A stretch of DNA of 64,000 nucleotides from Parcubacteria group bacterium (GCA_016186395.1 JACPLU010000003.1:76289-140288); one strand, 5' to 3'. Shown: positions 1-10,525, counted from the first letter of the stretch. Program-made: numbers and translations. The notes: generated from the letters alone by a model not told the origin.

Positions 1-1
1 T

Positions 2-616
2 GCGTGGTGGTTTTATTTTAAGTTAGATCGAGACACAATTAATATTCCATTTTTGGGGGATCTTTATATCGGCTGGTGGTATCTGTTGTATTTTATATTT
101 ATTATGATAGGAACGGCTTTTTCAATGAATGAAACAGATGGTTTAGACGGGTTGTCTGGTGGAGTATTTTTGACTATTTTCGGGGCTTTAGCGGCGATTG
201 CTTTTGACCAAGGAAGAATGGATTTGGTTGTTTTTCTTGTGGCTATAATGGGTGCTTTGACCGGTTTTTTGTGGTTTAATATTTATCCAGCCAAGTTTTT
301 TATGGGAGATACTGGAGTTATGGCGTTAGGTTTTATGGTTGGTGTGGTTGCACTGCTTACTAATACTGCTTTGCTTTTACCAATTATAGCTATTATTCCT
401 CTTATTGAGTCTACTTCCGTTATAATTCAGACTCTTTCAAAGAAAATAAGAAAAAAGAAAATATTTCCCTCAACCCCGATTCACCATACTTTTGAAGCTC
501 TTGGTTGGCCGGAAAGTCAAATCACAATGCGTTTTTGGATGATAAACGCCATTGGTGCTGTTTTGGGTTTAATTATATTTTTAGTAGATTCTAAAATACC
601 GGCGCTTTTCAAGTAA
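2..616 (+). CDS. mraY: Phospho-N-acetylmuramoyl-pentapeptide transferase MraY, C-terminal part; 5' end lies outside the window
   Basis: Frame is open from the window edge. Multi-TM sequence ending GDTGVMALGF...HHTFEALGWPESQITMRFW is a typical MraY C-terminus. ftsW follows 1 nt later. Confidence 0.8.
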   Translation, partial: AWWFYFKLDRDTINIPFLGDLYIGWWYLLYFIFIMIGTAFSMNETDGLDGLSGGVFLTIFGALAAIAFDQGRMDLVVFLVAIMGALTGFLWFNIYPAKFFMGDTGVMALGFMVGVVALLTNTALLLPIIAIIPLIESTSVIIQTLSKKIRKKKIFPSTPIHHTFEALGWPESQITMRFWMINAIGAVLGLIIFLVDSKIPALFK

Positions 617-617
617 G

Positions 618-1712
618 ATGGCGAAACGTATTTCAATTCTTACTTTTATGTTGATTGCTTTTGGGTTGATCATGATTTCATCTGCCGGGATTTTTGAGTC
701 AAAAAAAGATTTTAACTCCGATTATTATTATTTTTACCATCAGCTTTTATATGGTGTTTTGCCGGCAGTCGGAGCTTTCTTAATTTTTAGCCGCGTGCCT
801 TATAGATATTGGAAAAAGTTTTCTCTTCCTCTTTTAATAATTTCTTTGAGTTTTCTCGTTCTCATTTTTGTCCCCAGTCTGGGTATAAGTGCTAAGGGTG
901 CGACGCGTTGGTTGAACCTTCATTATGTTTCCTTTCAGCCGGCTGAAGTTTTTAAATTTACTTTTATTATTTATCTTGCCTCTTGGCTTAGCGTTCGTGC
1001 AAAAGGCATTAACAATTTAACCCTTGAGTCCATAGCACCTTTGTTGATAGTCCTTGGAATGGTTGGTTTTATTTTGGTGGCTCAACCTGACTTAGGTACA
1101 GCAATTGTTATTGGTGGAATAGCAATGTTTATGTTTTTTTTGGCAAACATTCGGTTACGATATATTACAGCTTTAATTCTAGTGGCTACTTTATTGGTAG
1201 GCGGGCTGTCAGTGGTTTCGCCCTACAGACTCCAACGTCTTACTGCGTTTTTAAATCCAAATCTTGATGTTCAAGGTTCAAGTTATCAGTTGAATCAAGG
1301 ATTGATTGCGATTGGGACTGGCGGATTATTTGGAGTTGGTTTTGGCAAGTCTCAACAAAAACTTGGATTATTGCCAGAACCCATAACCGATTCCATATTT
1401 GCTATTATTGGTGAAGAATTAGGTTTAGTTGGAATTGGCTTTTTATTGCTTCTTTTTATTTGGTTAACATTTTTTATGTTCCAGGTTGCAAAAAACACTA
1501 GAGATTCTTTTGCCAGCTTTATAGTTTCTGGAGTTGCATCATGGATTATAATACAGGTTTTTATAAATGTAGGCGCTATTTCCGGACTTTTACCTTTTAC
1601 TGGGATTACCTTGCCATTTATAAGTTATGGCGGAACGTCTTTAGTAATTTTGACTGCCAGTATGGGTATTGTTGTAAATATTGCAAAGAATTACAATTTA
1701 CGCATAAGTTAA
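618..1712 (+). CDS. ftsW: SEDS-family cell-division protein FtsW/RodA
   Basis: Polytopic membrane protein with the PDLGTA and GLLPEP segments typical of FtsW/RodA. It sits directly downstream of mraY. Confidence 0.8.
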   Translation: MAKRISILTFMLIAFGLIMISSAGIFESKKDFNSDYYYFYHQLLYGVLPAVGAFLIFSRVPYRYWKKFSLPLLIISLSFLVLIFVPSLGISAKGATRWLNLHYVSFQPAEVFKFTFIIYLASWLSVRAKGINNLTLESIAPLLIVLGMVGFILVAQPDLGTAIVIGGIAMFMFFLANIRLRYITALILVATLLVGGLSVVSPYRLQRLTAFLNPNLDVQGSSYQLNQGLIAIGTGGLFGVGFGKSQQKLGLLPEPITDSIFAIIGEELGLVGIGFLLLLFIWLTFFMFQVAKNTRDSFASFIVSGVASWIIIQVFINVGAISGLLPFTGITLPFISYGGTSLVILTASMGIVVNIAKNYNLRIS

Positions 1713-1739
1713 CGTTCTTTAATAACGGAGTGGGTTACT

Positions 1740-2021
1740 ATGTTAGAGTCAGAGAAAGTTAAAGAGGAAAAGAAACCCGCTTATATTTTACAACTAAAAT
1801 TGCCGTCGCATAATATTTTCGGCAAATATTCTGAAGGCGAGAGTATGTCAGAAGATCCACCAACGGACGATGGGGATGCAAAAGTAAAAGCTGAAATAAT
1901 GTATAGAAGAATAAAAAGAAGAGATAATTACATTGGTTATAGGGTTTTAAGAATAATTGATAGTTTCACCGAGCCAAGATTAAAAGATCTAAAAAATAAA
2001 GAACCAAAACAATTCCGCTAA
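1740..2021 (+). CDS. hypothetical small acidic/basic protein
   Basis: ORF only; no motif recognised. Confidence 0.35.
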   Translation: MLESEKVKEEKKPAYILQLKLPSHNIFGKYSEGESMSEDPPTDDGDAKVKAEIMYRRIKRRDNYIGYRVLRIIDSFTEPRLKDLKNKEPKQFR

Positions 2022-2048
2022 TAGCGGATTTTTAAATATAGGATTAGC

Positions 2049-2270
2049 CCCCACCTAACTTTTATTTTAATAGATAGAATTACTAAATATTAATTAGGAC
2101 TATTATGTAGTTAAACTAACCAAGTTTCCACAAAAGTTAGATGGGGGTTGACCCCGCCCTTTCATTTGGTAGCTTATCTTAATTTAAGAACCATAACATT
2201 AGTGGCCATTGCATTCTATTCATCATTATCAATCCAAACTTACCGGGAGAAAGGGCGGGGTTGACTCTTA
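2049..2270. other. nested inverted-repeat region between ORF 1740 and groES
   Basis: CCCCCACCTAACTTTT (2049-2064) pairs with AAAAGTTAGATGGGGG (2133-2148). GGGGGTTGACCCCGCCCTTTC (~2145-2165) pairs with GAAAGGGCGGGGTTGAC (~2250-2266). No CIRCE consensus is present. Confidence 0.4.
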
Positions 2271-2380
2271 AATTTGTTTGGATATAATATCTTTGCATCT
2301 TTAGAGGTAAATGACGCTAACAATCAATTCCGATGACCGTGGGGTATTAGGAATTAAAGATAGTTTGCGACTGTTATTCT

Positions 2381-2671
2381 ATGGTTAAGATTAAACCATT
2401 ACGTGATCATGTTCTATTAGAACCAATTAAAAAGGAGTTTAAGAGAGGGAGTATTTTGCTTCCAGAAACTGTTGAAAAGGAACGTCCTGAACAAGGAAAA
2501 GTGGTAGCCGTTGGTCAGGGTCGTATAGATAAGGATGGGAAAAAGGTTCCGATGGAGATAAAGAAAGGGGATGTGGTTTTATTCACTAAATACGGTCCAA
2601 ATGAGATTAAGATAGAAGATAAAGAATATTTAATCGCAAGAGAAGAAGATATACTAGCGATTATTGACTAA
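2381..2671 (+). CDS. groES: co-chaperonin GroES
   Basis: 96 aa, MVKIKPLRDHVLLEP...GDVVLFTKYG...; full-length GroES signature. Confidence 0.95.
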   Translation: MVKIKPLRDHVLLEPIKKEFKRGSILLPETVEKERPEQGKVVAVGQGRIDKDGKKVPMEIKKGDVVLFTKYGPNEIKIEDKEYLIAREEDILAIID

Positions 2672-2714
2672 AGCTTAAGGACTAAAGACTAAAGCATTGA
2701 GCCTTAGACTTTAG

Positions 2715-4352
<1,638 letters not shown>

Positions 4353-4486
4353 GTCTTAAATCTTGAAACATAAACTATAAATCATTTAAGTCCCGACAAA
4401 ATGTCGGGACTTAAATTTTTAATAACCAATTTAATTCAATTTAATTGAAAAAATAGATAAAAAAAGCTAGAATAATAAAGTTTTAA

Positions 4487-4572
4487 GGAAGGGTGCCTGA
4501 GCGGTCTAAAGGAACGGCTTGGAAAGCCGTGCCCCTTTTGGGGGCCCGTGGGTTCGAATCCCACCCCTTCCG
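4487..4572 (+). tRNA. tRNA-Ser (anticodon GGA), type II with long variable arm
   Basis: Acceptor GGAAGGG/CCCTTCC, anticodon stem ACGGC/GCCGT with loop TTGGAAA, variable arm GCCCCTTTTGGGGGC, T arm GTGGG-TTCGAAT-CCCAC, discriminator G. CCA is not encoded. Confidence 0.85.
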
Positions 4573-4576
4573 TATT

Positions 4577-4612
4577 GACAACTTATAACACCAAAAGGTG
4601 TTATAAGTTGTC
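4577..4612. other. perfect 16-bp stem hairpin directly after tRNA-Ser
   Basis: GACAACTTATAACACC-AAAA-GGTGTTATAAGTTGTC with no U tract. It may be a processing or termination structure. Confidence 0.4.
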
Positions 4613-4655
4613 ACTTCGAAGGGAGCGATGAGAACGGAGCAAACGATTTTGCTCC

Positions 4656-4889
4656 ATGGGATTTTCCAGAAGAAAATTGAATCCCACTCTTTACGGCTGG
4701 GTTCAACAAGTTATGAATTTAATATTTATTTTCAGTATTTTAATCAGTATATTTTTTCTAGGTTTAGTATTGATCGGCTTACCTGCGCAGATCGTAAAAA
4801 ACTATAGAGAGAAACGATCTAGTCAGCCTTTACTAACTATTTTAATTGCTTTGGGATTTTATGCGTCTCAAATCATTTTTTCTATATAA
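4656..4889 (+). CDS. hypothetical small membrane protein
   Basis: 77-aa ORF with two hydrophobic helices. Confidence 0.35.
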   Translation: MGFSRRKLNPTLYGWVQQVMNLIFIFSILISIFFLGLVLIGLPAQIVKNYREKRSSQPLLTILIALGFYASQIIFSI

Positions 4890-5017
4890 CACAAACGTAT
4901 TTTCCTCTAATTTCTTTTGTTGTGGGTATTCTGATGTGGGGAACAACTTTAGTACAGTTTTTGCTCTACCGTAATAACTTTTGATTTTAAAACCCATTTA
5001 TATTAAAGTTAAGTTAA

Positions 5018-5272
5018 ATGTTTTCACATTATTATTTTAGTGAGCGCTTTTTTGACCATTGGTGGTTGCCATTTGGAGGGTTGTTTTTGTTTATAGGCGG
5101 TTTGATCTTTGTTGTTTTAGTAGTTTGGTCGCTTATTTGGAAGGGGATGGCTTTATGGAAAGCGGCGCGGGCGGGTCACAAGGGTTGGTTTGTTGCTTTA
5201 TTAGTTATTAATACCCTTGGGATTTTGGATATTCTCTATATCTATATTTTCAGTAAGAGATCCAAGAAATAG
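5018..5272 (+). CDS. hypothetical small membrane protein
   Basis: 84-aa ORF with hydrophobic helices. Confidence 0.4.
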   Translation: MFSHYYFSERFFDHWWLPFGGLFLFIGGLIFVVLVVWSLIWKGMALWKAARAGHKGWFVALLVINTLGILDILYIYIFSKRSKK

Positions 5273-5362
5273 CAAAAGGTTGGGTTTTAATTTTTTTAAT
5301 TTCTTGCAATTTGTATCAGTTTTAGCTAGTGTAAAAATAAGTTTTTTAATAAGAGGAAAATT

Positions 5363-5704
5363 ATGGCAGATAGTTATGAGAGAGAAGTTATCTTCGATGA
5401 TGGAATTTCTGAAATTGTACGTATTAAATGGCCACCTTGTTCTAAGAGTGAACCCCACGATCATGGAGTCTCTGTCGGGTTAATTAAAGTTATTGGGGGT
5501 TTAGTTTTTGAAAGAATCTATGATAGAACTCGGAGAGATTTTACAATACAAAATATTTATGTTGCTGGCGACACATTTAGTGAATGGAAGGATACAATTC
5601 ATATAATGGGTAATTTTTCGAATACAGAATGGGCTGAAACTTATCATATTTATACACCACCGCTTCAAATGAGGAAGTACAAGCTGGAAGAACTTTGCAA
5701 TTAA
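5363..5704 (+). CDS. hypothetical protein, possibly cupin-like
   Basis: 113-aa ORF with His-rich segment PHDHGVSVG; fold assignment is tentative. Confidence 0.45.
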   Translation: MADSYEREVIFDDGISEIVRIKWPPCSKSEPHDHGVSVGLIKVIGGLVFERIYDRTRRDFTIQNIYVAGDTFSEWKDTIHIMGNFSNTEWAETYHIYTPPLQMRKYKLEELCN

Positions 5705-5711
5705 CGACTAT

Positions 5712-5733
5712 CCGCTGAAAAGCGGCTTTTTTT
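5712..5733 (+). terminator. intrinsic terminator
   Basis: CCGCTGAAAAGCGG stem-loop followed by TTTTTTTT. Confidence 0.7.
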
Positions 5734-5781
5734 ATTTCTTCGCCTGTTTAAAAAAGCAAAATACTAAAATTAATTCGAATC

Positions 5782-5810
5782 TTGCCAAAATGGGGAGTTT
5801 TTTCTATACT
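5782..5810 (+). promoter_or_regulatory. sigma70-like promoter of rpsB
   Basis: TTGCCA-N17-TATACT. The -10 box ends 8 nt before the rpsB ATG, which implies a leaderless or near-leaderless transcript. Confidence 0.5.
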
Positions 5811-5818
5811 ATTAGAAC

Positions 5819-6511
5819 ATGTCAGAAATACAGTGGGCTAACATTATGCCCAGTTACGATGATATGCTTGCGGCTGGAATGCACTATGGCCGCAAAAAGA
5901 CTGTATTCCATCCAAAGATGGAGCGTTTTGTGTATGCGTTGCGTGAGTCAATCCATATTATAGATTTATTAAAAACCGAGGAAAGATTAAAAGAAGCATG
6001 CGAAGCTCTTAAATCATTTAAAGATTCCAGCAAATTAATTCTTTGGGTAGCTTCGACAAAGCAATCAGAAGTTAAAATAGAGGAAATAGCAAAAGAATTT
6101 GCTTTGCCTTATGTTTTAAATCGTTGGCTTGGCGGAACTCTTACTAATTTTAAGACAATAAGAAGCAGGGTCAATTACTTTGAACAGATAGAGGAAAAGT
6201 TAAAGAAAGAACAAAGCAGTCCACAAATGATTAAAAAGGAAAGGGTTAAACTGGAGAAACAGTATCAAGATATGAAAGAAAAATTTGATGGTTTGCGAAG
6301 CCTTAATAGAGTTCCTGAAGCAATATTTATAACCTCATTAAAAGAGGGTGTCTCTGCGGCTAAAGAAGCTAAAAGATTAGGCGTTAAGACTTTTGCTATT
6401 GTAAACACCGAAAGTGACCCAACGTCCGTTGATTATCCGATTCCTGCTAACGATAATGCAAAAGGTTCGGTTGAGCTTATTTTAGATACGATTCGAAAAG
6501 CACTCATATAA
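5819..6511 (+). CDS. rpsB: 30S ribosomal protein S2
   Basis: LAAGMHYGRKKTVFHPKMERFVY...; S2 family, followed by tsf. Confidence 0.92.
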   Translation: MSEIQWANIMPSYDDMLAAGMHYGRKKTVFHPKMERFVYALRESIHIIDLLKTEERLKEACEALKSFKDSSKLILWVASTKQSEVKIEEIAKEFALPYVLNRWLGGTLTNFKTIRSRVNYFEQIEEKLKKEQSSPQMIKKERVKLEKQYQDMKEKFDGLRSLNRVPEAIFITSLKEGVSAAKEAKRLGVKTFAIVNTESDPTSVDYPIPANDNAKGSVELILDTIRKALI

Positions 6512-6514
6512 CCA

Positions 6515-6591
6515 ATGCAAATATACGAATTGATACTAATGATACGAATCTTATTAGTATAATTAGTATGCATTAGTATATTGGTATCGCG
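6515..6591. repeat. palindromic ~78-bp intergenic element, family A copy 1
   Basis: AATATACGAATTGATACTAATGATACGAAT...ATTAGTATAATTAGTATGCATTAGTATATTGGTATCGCG. The left half is approximately the reverse complement of the right half. It ends 1 nt before the tsf TTG start. Confidence 0.8.
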
Positions 6592-7170
6592 TTGCTTGAT
6601 TTAATTAAAAAACTAAGAGAAATAACTGGTGTTTCTATTGCTGAAATTAAAAAAGCCTTAGAAGATGCTAATCAAGATGAGCAGAAAGCCAAAGAACTTT
6701 TGCGTGCAAGGGGATCAACAAAAGCTGAAAAAAGATTTACTCGAGAAACAAAAGCAGGTGTGGTTGCTTCTTATGTTCACTCAAACTATAAAGTGGGAGT
6801 ACTTGTAGAACTGTTGTGTGAAACAGATTTTGTTGCAAGGAGTGACAAGTTTAAAGAATTAGCTCACGAAATAGCTTTACAAATTGCTTCAATGAATCCT
6901 GAATTTTTATCTTCAGAAGAAATACCAAAAGAAATAGCGGATCATGAAAAGTCTATTTATCGCGAAGAATTAATTAAAAGTGGGAAGCCTATGCAGATTA
7001 TAGATCAAATAATTGAAGGCCGATTTAAGAAACATTGTGAAGAAATTTGTTTATTAGACCAAAAATACGTTAAAGATCAAGATTTAACCGTCAGAGAATT
7101 AGTTAATCAATTTGTTGGTCAAATTGGAGAAAATATAAAGATAGGCAGGTTTGTCAGATTCGAGATATAA
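6592..7170 (+). CDS. tsf: elongation factor Ts
   Basis: TTG start, LIKKLREITGVSIAEIKKALEDANQDEQKAKELLRARG (UBA-like N-terminus). It forms the classic rpsB-tsf pair. Confidence 0.92.
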   Translation: MLDLIKKLREITGVSIAEIKKALEDANQDEQKAKELLRARGSTKAEKRFTRETKAGVVASYVHSNYKVGVLVELLCETDFVARSDKFKELAHEIALQIASMNPEFLSSEEIPKEIADHEKSIYREELIKSGKPMQIIDQIIEGRFKKHCEEICLLDQKYVKDQDLTVRELVNQFVGQIGENIKIGRFVRFEI

Positions 7171-7762
7171 GAATATGTTTATAATATTTCCACTCATTTT
7201 GATTCTTGGATCAATTGTCGCCATATTTGCGATAGTTTGGAGAAAACGTATCTATTTACGAAAGCTCGATGCTTTAGAATTTGAGAATGGAATAAGTTTT
7301 TGGGTTTCTATGTATCCAGAATTGAATGAGGTTTTTAACAAAGTTCAGCTGTCTAAATATAAGGACCATTTGTTGACCGAGTTAGAAAAGGCTCTTCGCA
7401 GATTAAGAATTGTTTCATTAAAGATTGAAAATAAAGTAAGTCATTGGCTTGAAAGAATGCCGAAGGTTCTAGAATCAACTGCAGTTGAGACAAATACAGG
7501 CAATGGTACCACAAAGGAAACAACTTTGGTTAATCTGGTTGTTAACGGAGATGATTGGAAAAAACAAGAACAAGAATTTGTAATGGAGATTGCTAAGTCT
7601 CCAAAAAATGCTCAGCTTTACAGAAAACTCGGGGCTTTGTATATGAAACAAAAATTATGGGAAGATGCCTTGGAGTCTTTAAAGACTGCAGTCAATCTTG
7701 ACCCAGAGGATCTTGAATCTAAGGCAAGATTAGAAAAAGTTGTCCAAAAAGTTTCTCTATAA
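7151..7762 (+). CDS. membrane-anchored TPR-like protein
   Basis: N-terminal TM followed by C-terminal TPR-like helices (YRKLGALYMKQKLWEDALESLKTAVNLDPED). Confidence 0.45.
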   Translation: MSDSRYKNMFIIFPLILILGSIVAIFAIVWRKRIYLRKLDALEFENGISFWVSMYPELNEVFNKVQLSKYKDHLLTELEKALRRLRIVSLKIENKVSHWLERMPKVLESTAVETNTGNGTTKETTLVNLVVNGDDWKKQEQEFVMEIAKSPKNAQLYRKLGALYMKQKLWEDALESLKTAVNLDPEDLESKARLEKVVQKVSL

Positions 7763-7818
7763 AAAAGAGGTGATATTTGTGGTGGTTGGTAGAGTGGTCA
7801 ATTTATTGATATAATTAT

Positions 7819-8622
7819 GTGATGCCAAAGAAGTGGAGTAAGAGAGAGGAGCAACAACAGCTCAACTTATTAAGGGAATTATATATTGAGAAAAATTTAA
7901 CAATTTTTCAGGTAGCCAAGAAGTTAAATATTGCTTACCAAACTGTTTATGACCGTTTAAAAAGAGTTGGCATCAAAACAATACCTTATTTAAAACCTAA
8001 CTATACGAACAAAAAGATTTTAAAGTGTATACCGTATAGTAAAGAGTTGAGCGAATTTATAGGTATAATGTGTGGTGACGGACACATTAGCGACGAACAA
8101 GTTTTTGTATTTTTAGGAAACAAATCCGATGATTATGGAAGATATATAATTGATTTATTTAGAAAACTTTTTGACAATGACTTAAAAGTTGTTAAAAGAG
8201 ATAAAAAATATTTAATTTTGTATTTAGGTTTTAGAGAATTATCCCGTTTTTTAATGGATATGGGGTTGGTAAAAAATAAAGTAAAAGAACAAGTAAGGGT
8301 TCCAAAATGGATTTTAACAGATAAAGATTTTATGCGAGCATTTATAAGGGGATTCTTTGATACAGACGGCTCGATATATAAATTACGATGGGGTGCACAA
8401 ATATCTTTTTGTAATCGTTCAGTCCAACTGTTAAAAGATGCAAGAAAAATGTTAAGTTTGTTAGGTTTTCATCCCTCAAAAATTAGTGTATGCCATTTAT
8501 ACCTTACTCAGAAGTCAGATTTGAAAAGGTTTTTAGATGAAATTGGGTCAAACAACACAATTAAATTTAATAAGTTAAAAAATTGGGTAGGTACGGAAGT
8601 AGACAAACCGGGTGCGCTGTAG
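7819..8622 (+). CDS. HTH plus double-motif LAGLIDADG homing-endonuclease-like protein
   Basis: N-terminal HTH (IFQVAKKLNIAYQTVYDRLKRVG). Two LAGLIDADG-type motifs, FIGIMCGDGHIS and FIRGFFDTDGSI, lie about 100 aa apart. The reading frame runs into the downstream tRNA, so the true stop is likely earlier. Confidence 0.7.
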   Translation: MMPKKWSKREEQQQLNLLRELYIEKNLTIFQVAKKLNIAYQTVYDRLKRVGIKTIPYLKPNYTNKKILKCIPYSKELSEFIGIMCGDGHISDEQVFVFLGNKSDDYGRYIIDLFRKLFDNDLKVVKRDKKYLILYLGFRELSRFLMDMGLVKNKVKEQVRVPKWILTDKDFMRAFIRGFFDTDGSIYKLRWGAQISFCNRSVQLLKDARKMLSLLGFHPSKISVCHLYLTQKSDLKRFLDEIGSNNTIKFNKLKNWVGTEVDKPGAL

Positions 8623-8672
8623 ACGCACCGACCGTTCGGTCTTCGGGGGTGCAAATCCCTCCCTACCCACCA
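8585..8672 (+). tRNA. tRNA-Tyr (anticodon GTA)-like, type II, CCA encoded, atypical D and T loops
   Basis: Acceptor GGGTAGG/CCTACCC, 3-bp D stem CGG/CCG, anticodon stem GTGCG/CGCAC with loop CTGTAGA, variable arm GACCG-TT-CGGTC, T arm GGGGG-TGCAAAT-CCCTC, then ACCA. The D loop lacks GG and the T loop has G at position 55, so it could be a tRNA-like mimic. Confidence 0.6.
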
Positions 8673-8728
8673 GAATAGAACTTAACGATTTTGAAGAAAA
8701 TGTTGATTCTAGAAAGTGCCGAAAATTA

Positions 8729-8947
8729 ATGATCAAAAAAATCGGATTAAAATATGTTGTTGTAGCTGAAAGCGGAAGAAAGATGGGCTCTTACGCGACT
8801 AAAAAAGAAGCAACTAGACGATTAAAGCAAATTGAGTTTTTCAAGCATTTATCGGAAAATAGAAGCCTGCGTCAAACATTAGGAAAAAAGACATTAATAG
8901 AAGTCCACGGACATAAGCCCGTGGTACTCCAAGGAGTACGGGATTGA
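8729..8947 (+). CDS. hypothetical small basic protein
   Basis: ORF trimmed to the first ATG after the tRNA (MIKKIGLKYVVVAESGRKMGSY...). Confidence 0.3.
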   Translation: MIKKIGLKYVVVAESGRKMGSYATKKEATRRLKQIEFFKHLSENRSLRQTLGKKTLIEVHGHKPVVLQGVRD

Positions 8948-8982
8948 TTTTGAAAAGATATTGGTGCTTTTCAAAATCAATC
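8942..8982. other. perfect 16-bp inverted repeat hairpin
   Basis: GATTGATTTTGAAAAG-N9-CTTTTCAAAATCAATC. Confidence 0.4.
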
Positions 8983-9038
8983 CCGACTTATATAATTTCC
9001 CTTTGCTCGCTTGCGCTCGCTTCGGGGCTGTCATTCAT

Positions 9039-9062
9039 CCCCGAGCTGACGCTCGGGGTTTT
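9039..9062 (+). terminator. intrinsic terminator
   Basis: CCCCGAGC-TGAC-GCTCGGGG followed by TTTT. Confidence 0.6.
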
Positions 9063-9145
9063 CTGACAGGAATTATAAAATAATTAATACTGACTTTCTG
9101 AAGGTGTTGTGTTAAACAACAGGCTTTAGAAAATCGGGAATAACG

Positions 9146-9802
9146 ATGGAACAAGAAAAACCATTGCATCCTTTAACTAAAGATGAGTCAGGAGACGAAT
9201 ATGGTGCAAGACCAGAGACACAAGAGGAATTAGAAGAAGGTAAAGAACTGGCCGGAGTCACTAATGAGCATGAAGCTGCTGTTAGAGGAGTAAGGTATGC
9301 TAGAGAGGTAAATGACAATATTTTAGAACTTAATTTTTTAGCTATTCTGCAGGAAGAAACTTCTCGTTTAGTCAGCTATTTGATCCAAGAAGGAAAAGTT
9401 GACGAAGCCATGCAGAAACTTCGAGAATTACAGGAATTAAAAGGCGCAACTAGCAAAGAAACTTTAAAAACAGAGTCAGTCATTAATAATAGTGTTCAGG
9501 CCATAGACAAAATGAGTCTCTTAAAAGTTTTGGAAGTTGGTTTAGATCTTGACGAAAGACATTTGATTAAGAAATTGGCTATGCGATTAGTTGAACAAAG
9601 TGGTGGCGATATGTCTGCGGAAGACGCAGTAAAAGAAGCATATAAACAAAGACAGGATGCAAAAAATGGTTTGCAACCAGTAATACTTGTAGGAGATAAT
9701 AAAGGAAACATAGTTAGAGCTTCAAATTCTCAAGAAATTCTTGATAAGGTGCGCGATATTAAAGGTTCCAAGTTTAGGGGGATTGAACCATCTTCGAAGT
9801 AA
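9146..9802 (+). CDS. hypothetical acidic coiled-coil protein
   Basis: 218-aa ORF with no recognised domain. Confidence 0.45.
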   Translation: MEQEKPLHPLTKDESGDEYGARPETQEELEEGKELAGVTNEHEAAVRGVRYAREVNDNILELNFLAILQEETSRLVSYLIQEGKVDEAMQKLRELQELKGATSKETLKTESVINNSVQAIDKMSLLKVLEVGLDLDERHLIKKLAMRLVEQSGGDMSAEDAVKEAYKQRQDAKNGLQPVILVGDNKGNIVRASNSQEILDKVRDIKGSKFRGIEPSSK

Positions 9803-9850
9803 GTTTTACATTTTTTGGCGCTACGAAGCTTAAAAAAATACTAGACAATA

Positions 9851-9945
9851 TGCTTGCCGACGTAGCTCAGAGGCTCTGCACAAATCACTTTGTGATTATG
9901 CGGGGTAACCGCCGCAATTCCCATGGTAAGTTTGGGTATTTTATA
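9851..9945 (+). other. tRNA-like remnant or small structured RNA upstream of tRNA-Thr
   Basis: Starts GCCGACGTAGCTCAGAGG (tRNA 5'-like) and contains CCCATGGTAAG, which resembles the tRNA-Thr anticodon arm. No acceptor-stem partner or T arm is present. Three hairpins: CACAAATCAC/GTGATT, GCGGGG-TAA-CCGCCGC and CCCATGG. Confidence 0.25.
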
Positions 9946-9951
9946 AATTTT

Positions 9952-10023
9952 GCCCGAGTAGCTCAGTGGTAGAGCAACTCCATGGTAAGGAGTAGGTCGC
10001 CAGTTCAATCCTGGCCTCGGGCT
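9952..10023 (+). tRNA. tRNA-Thr (anticodon GGT)
   Basis: Acceptor GCCCGAG/CTCGGGC, D arm GCTC-AGTGGTA-GAGC, anticodon arm ACTCC-ATGGTAA-GGAGT, T arm GCCAG-TTCAATC-CTGGC. Confidence 0.9.
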
Positions 10024-10345
10024 TACGGTTTAGGTTGGAGTTGTTATCCGTTCAATTTTTGTATATACTGCGGCTGGTTGGTGAGTTAGCGAATTTTTGT
10101 ATGTCATCCCGCACCAATTTTTTGGTATGCGGGAGTAAGATTAGAAAAATAATATTGAATAGTTAACAAAAGAGCTTAGGAATTAATTCAAAATTGATGC
10201 GGGATAATCAATTTTGCAGCTATTCTCTCTATTCATAGGCAAAATTTAAAGATTGAACAAAAGATTGTTGGTAATGTCATCTGCCTTCGTTAAAACTTCG
10301 GCAAGATGACATATTCACAACTAATCATTTCATTCTTAGGTAAAT

Positions 10346-10525
10346 ATGTCACAAGAAAATTTAATTAGATTACAATGCGGAGTTTGTAAACGCGCCAATT
10401 ATTATGTTAACAAAAGTGTTGGCAAAAAGAGCGGCGAGAAAAAAGAAAAGAAGTTAGCTTTGAATAAGTTTTGTAAATGGTGCCGTAAACACACCATACA
10501 TAAAGAACTAAAAATTACCGGTTAA
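10346..10525 (+). CDS. rpmG: 50S ribosomal protein L33; 59 aa, below the ORF-track length cutoff
   Basis: MSQENLIRLQCGVCKRANYYVNKSVGKKSGEKKEKKLALNKFCKWCRKHTIHKELKITG. CxxC...CxxC zinc ribbon with an L33-like C-terminus. Confidence 0.75.
   Translation: MSQENLIRLQCGVCKRANYYVNKSVGKKSGEKKEKKLALNKFCKWCRKHTIHKELKITG

Noticed and set aside
2022-2380. CIRCE/HrcA operator upstream of groES
   Set aside because: No TTAGCACTC-N9-GAGTGCTAA-like sequence. The inverted repeats present have a different sequence and much longer spacing.
7762-8672. Group I intron with HEG inside tRNA-Tyr
   Set aside because: The tRNA at 8585-8672 is contiguous (acceptor, anticodon arm, variable arm and T arm all present in order). 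No tRNA 5' exon precedes the ORF, so the LAGLIDADG gene is free-standing.
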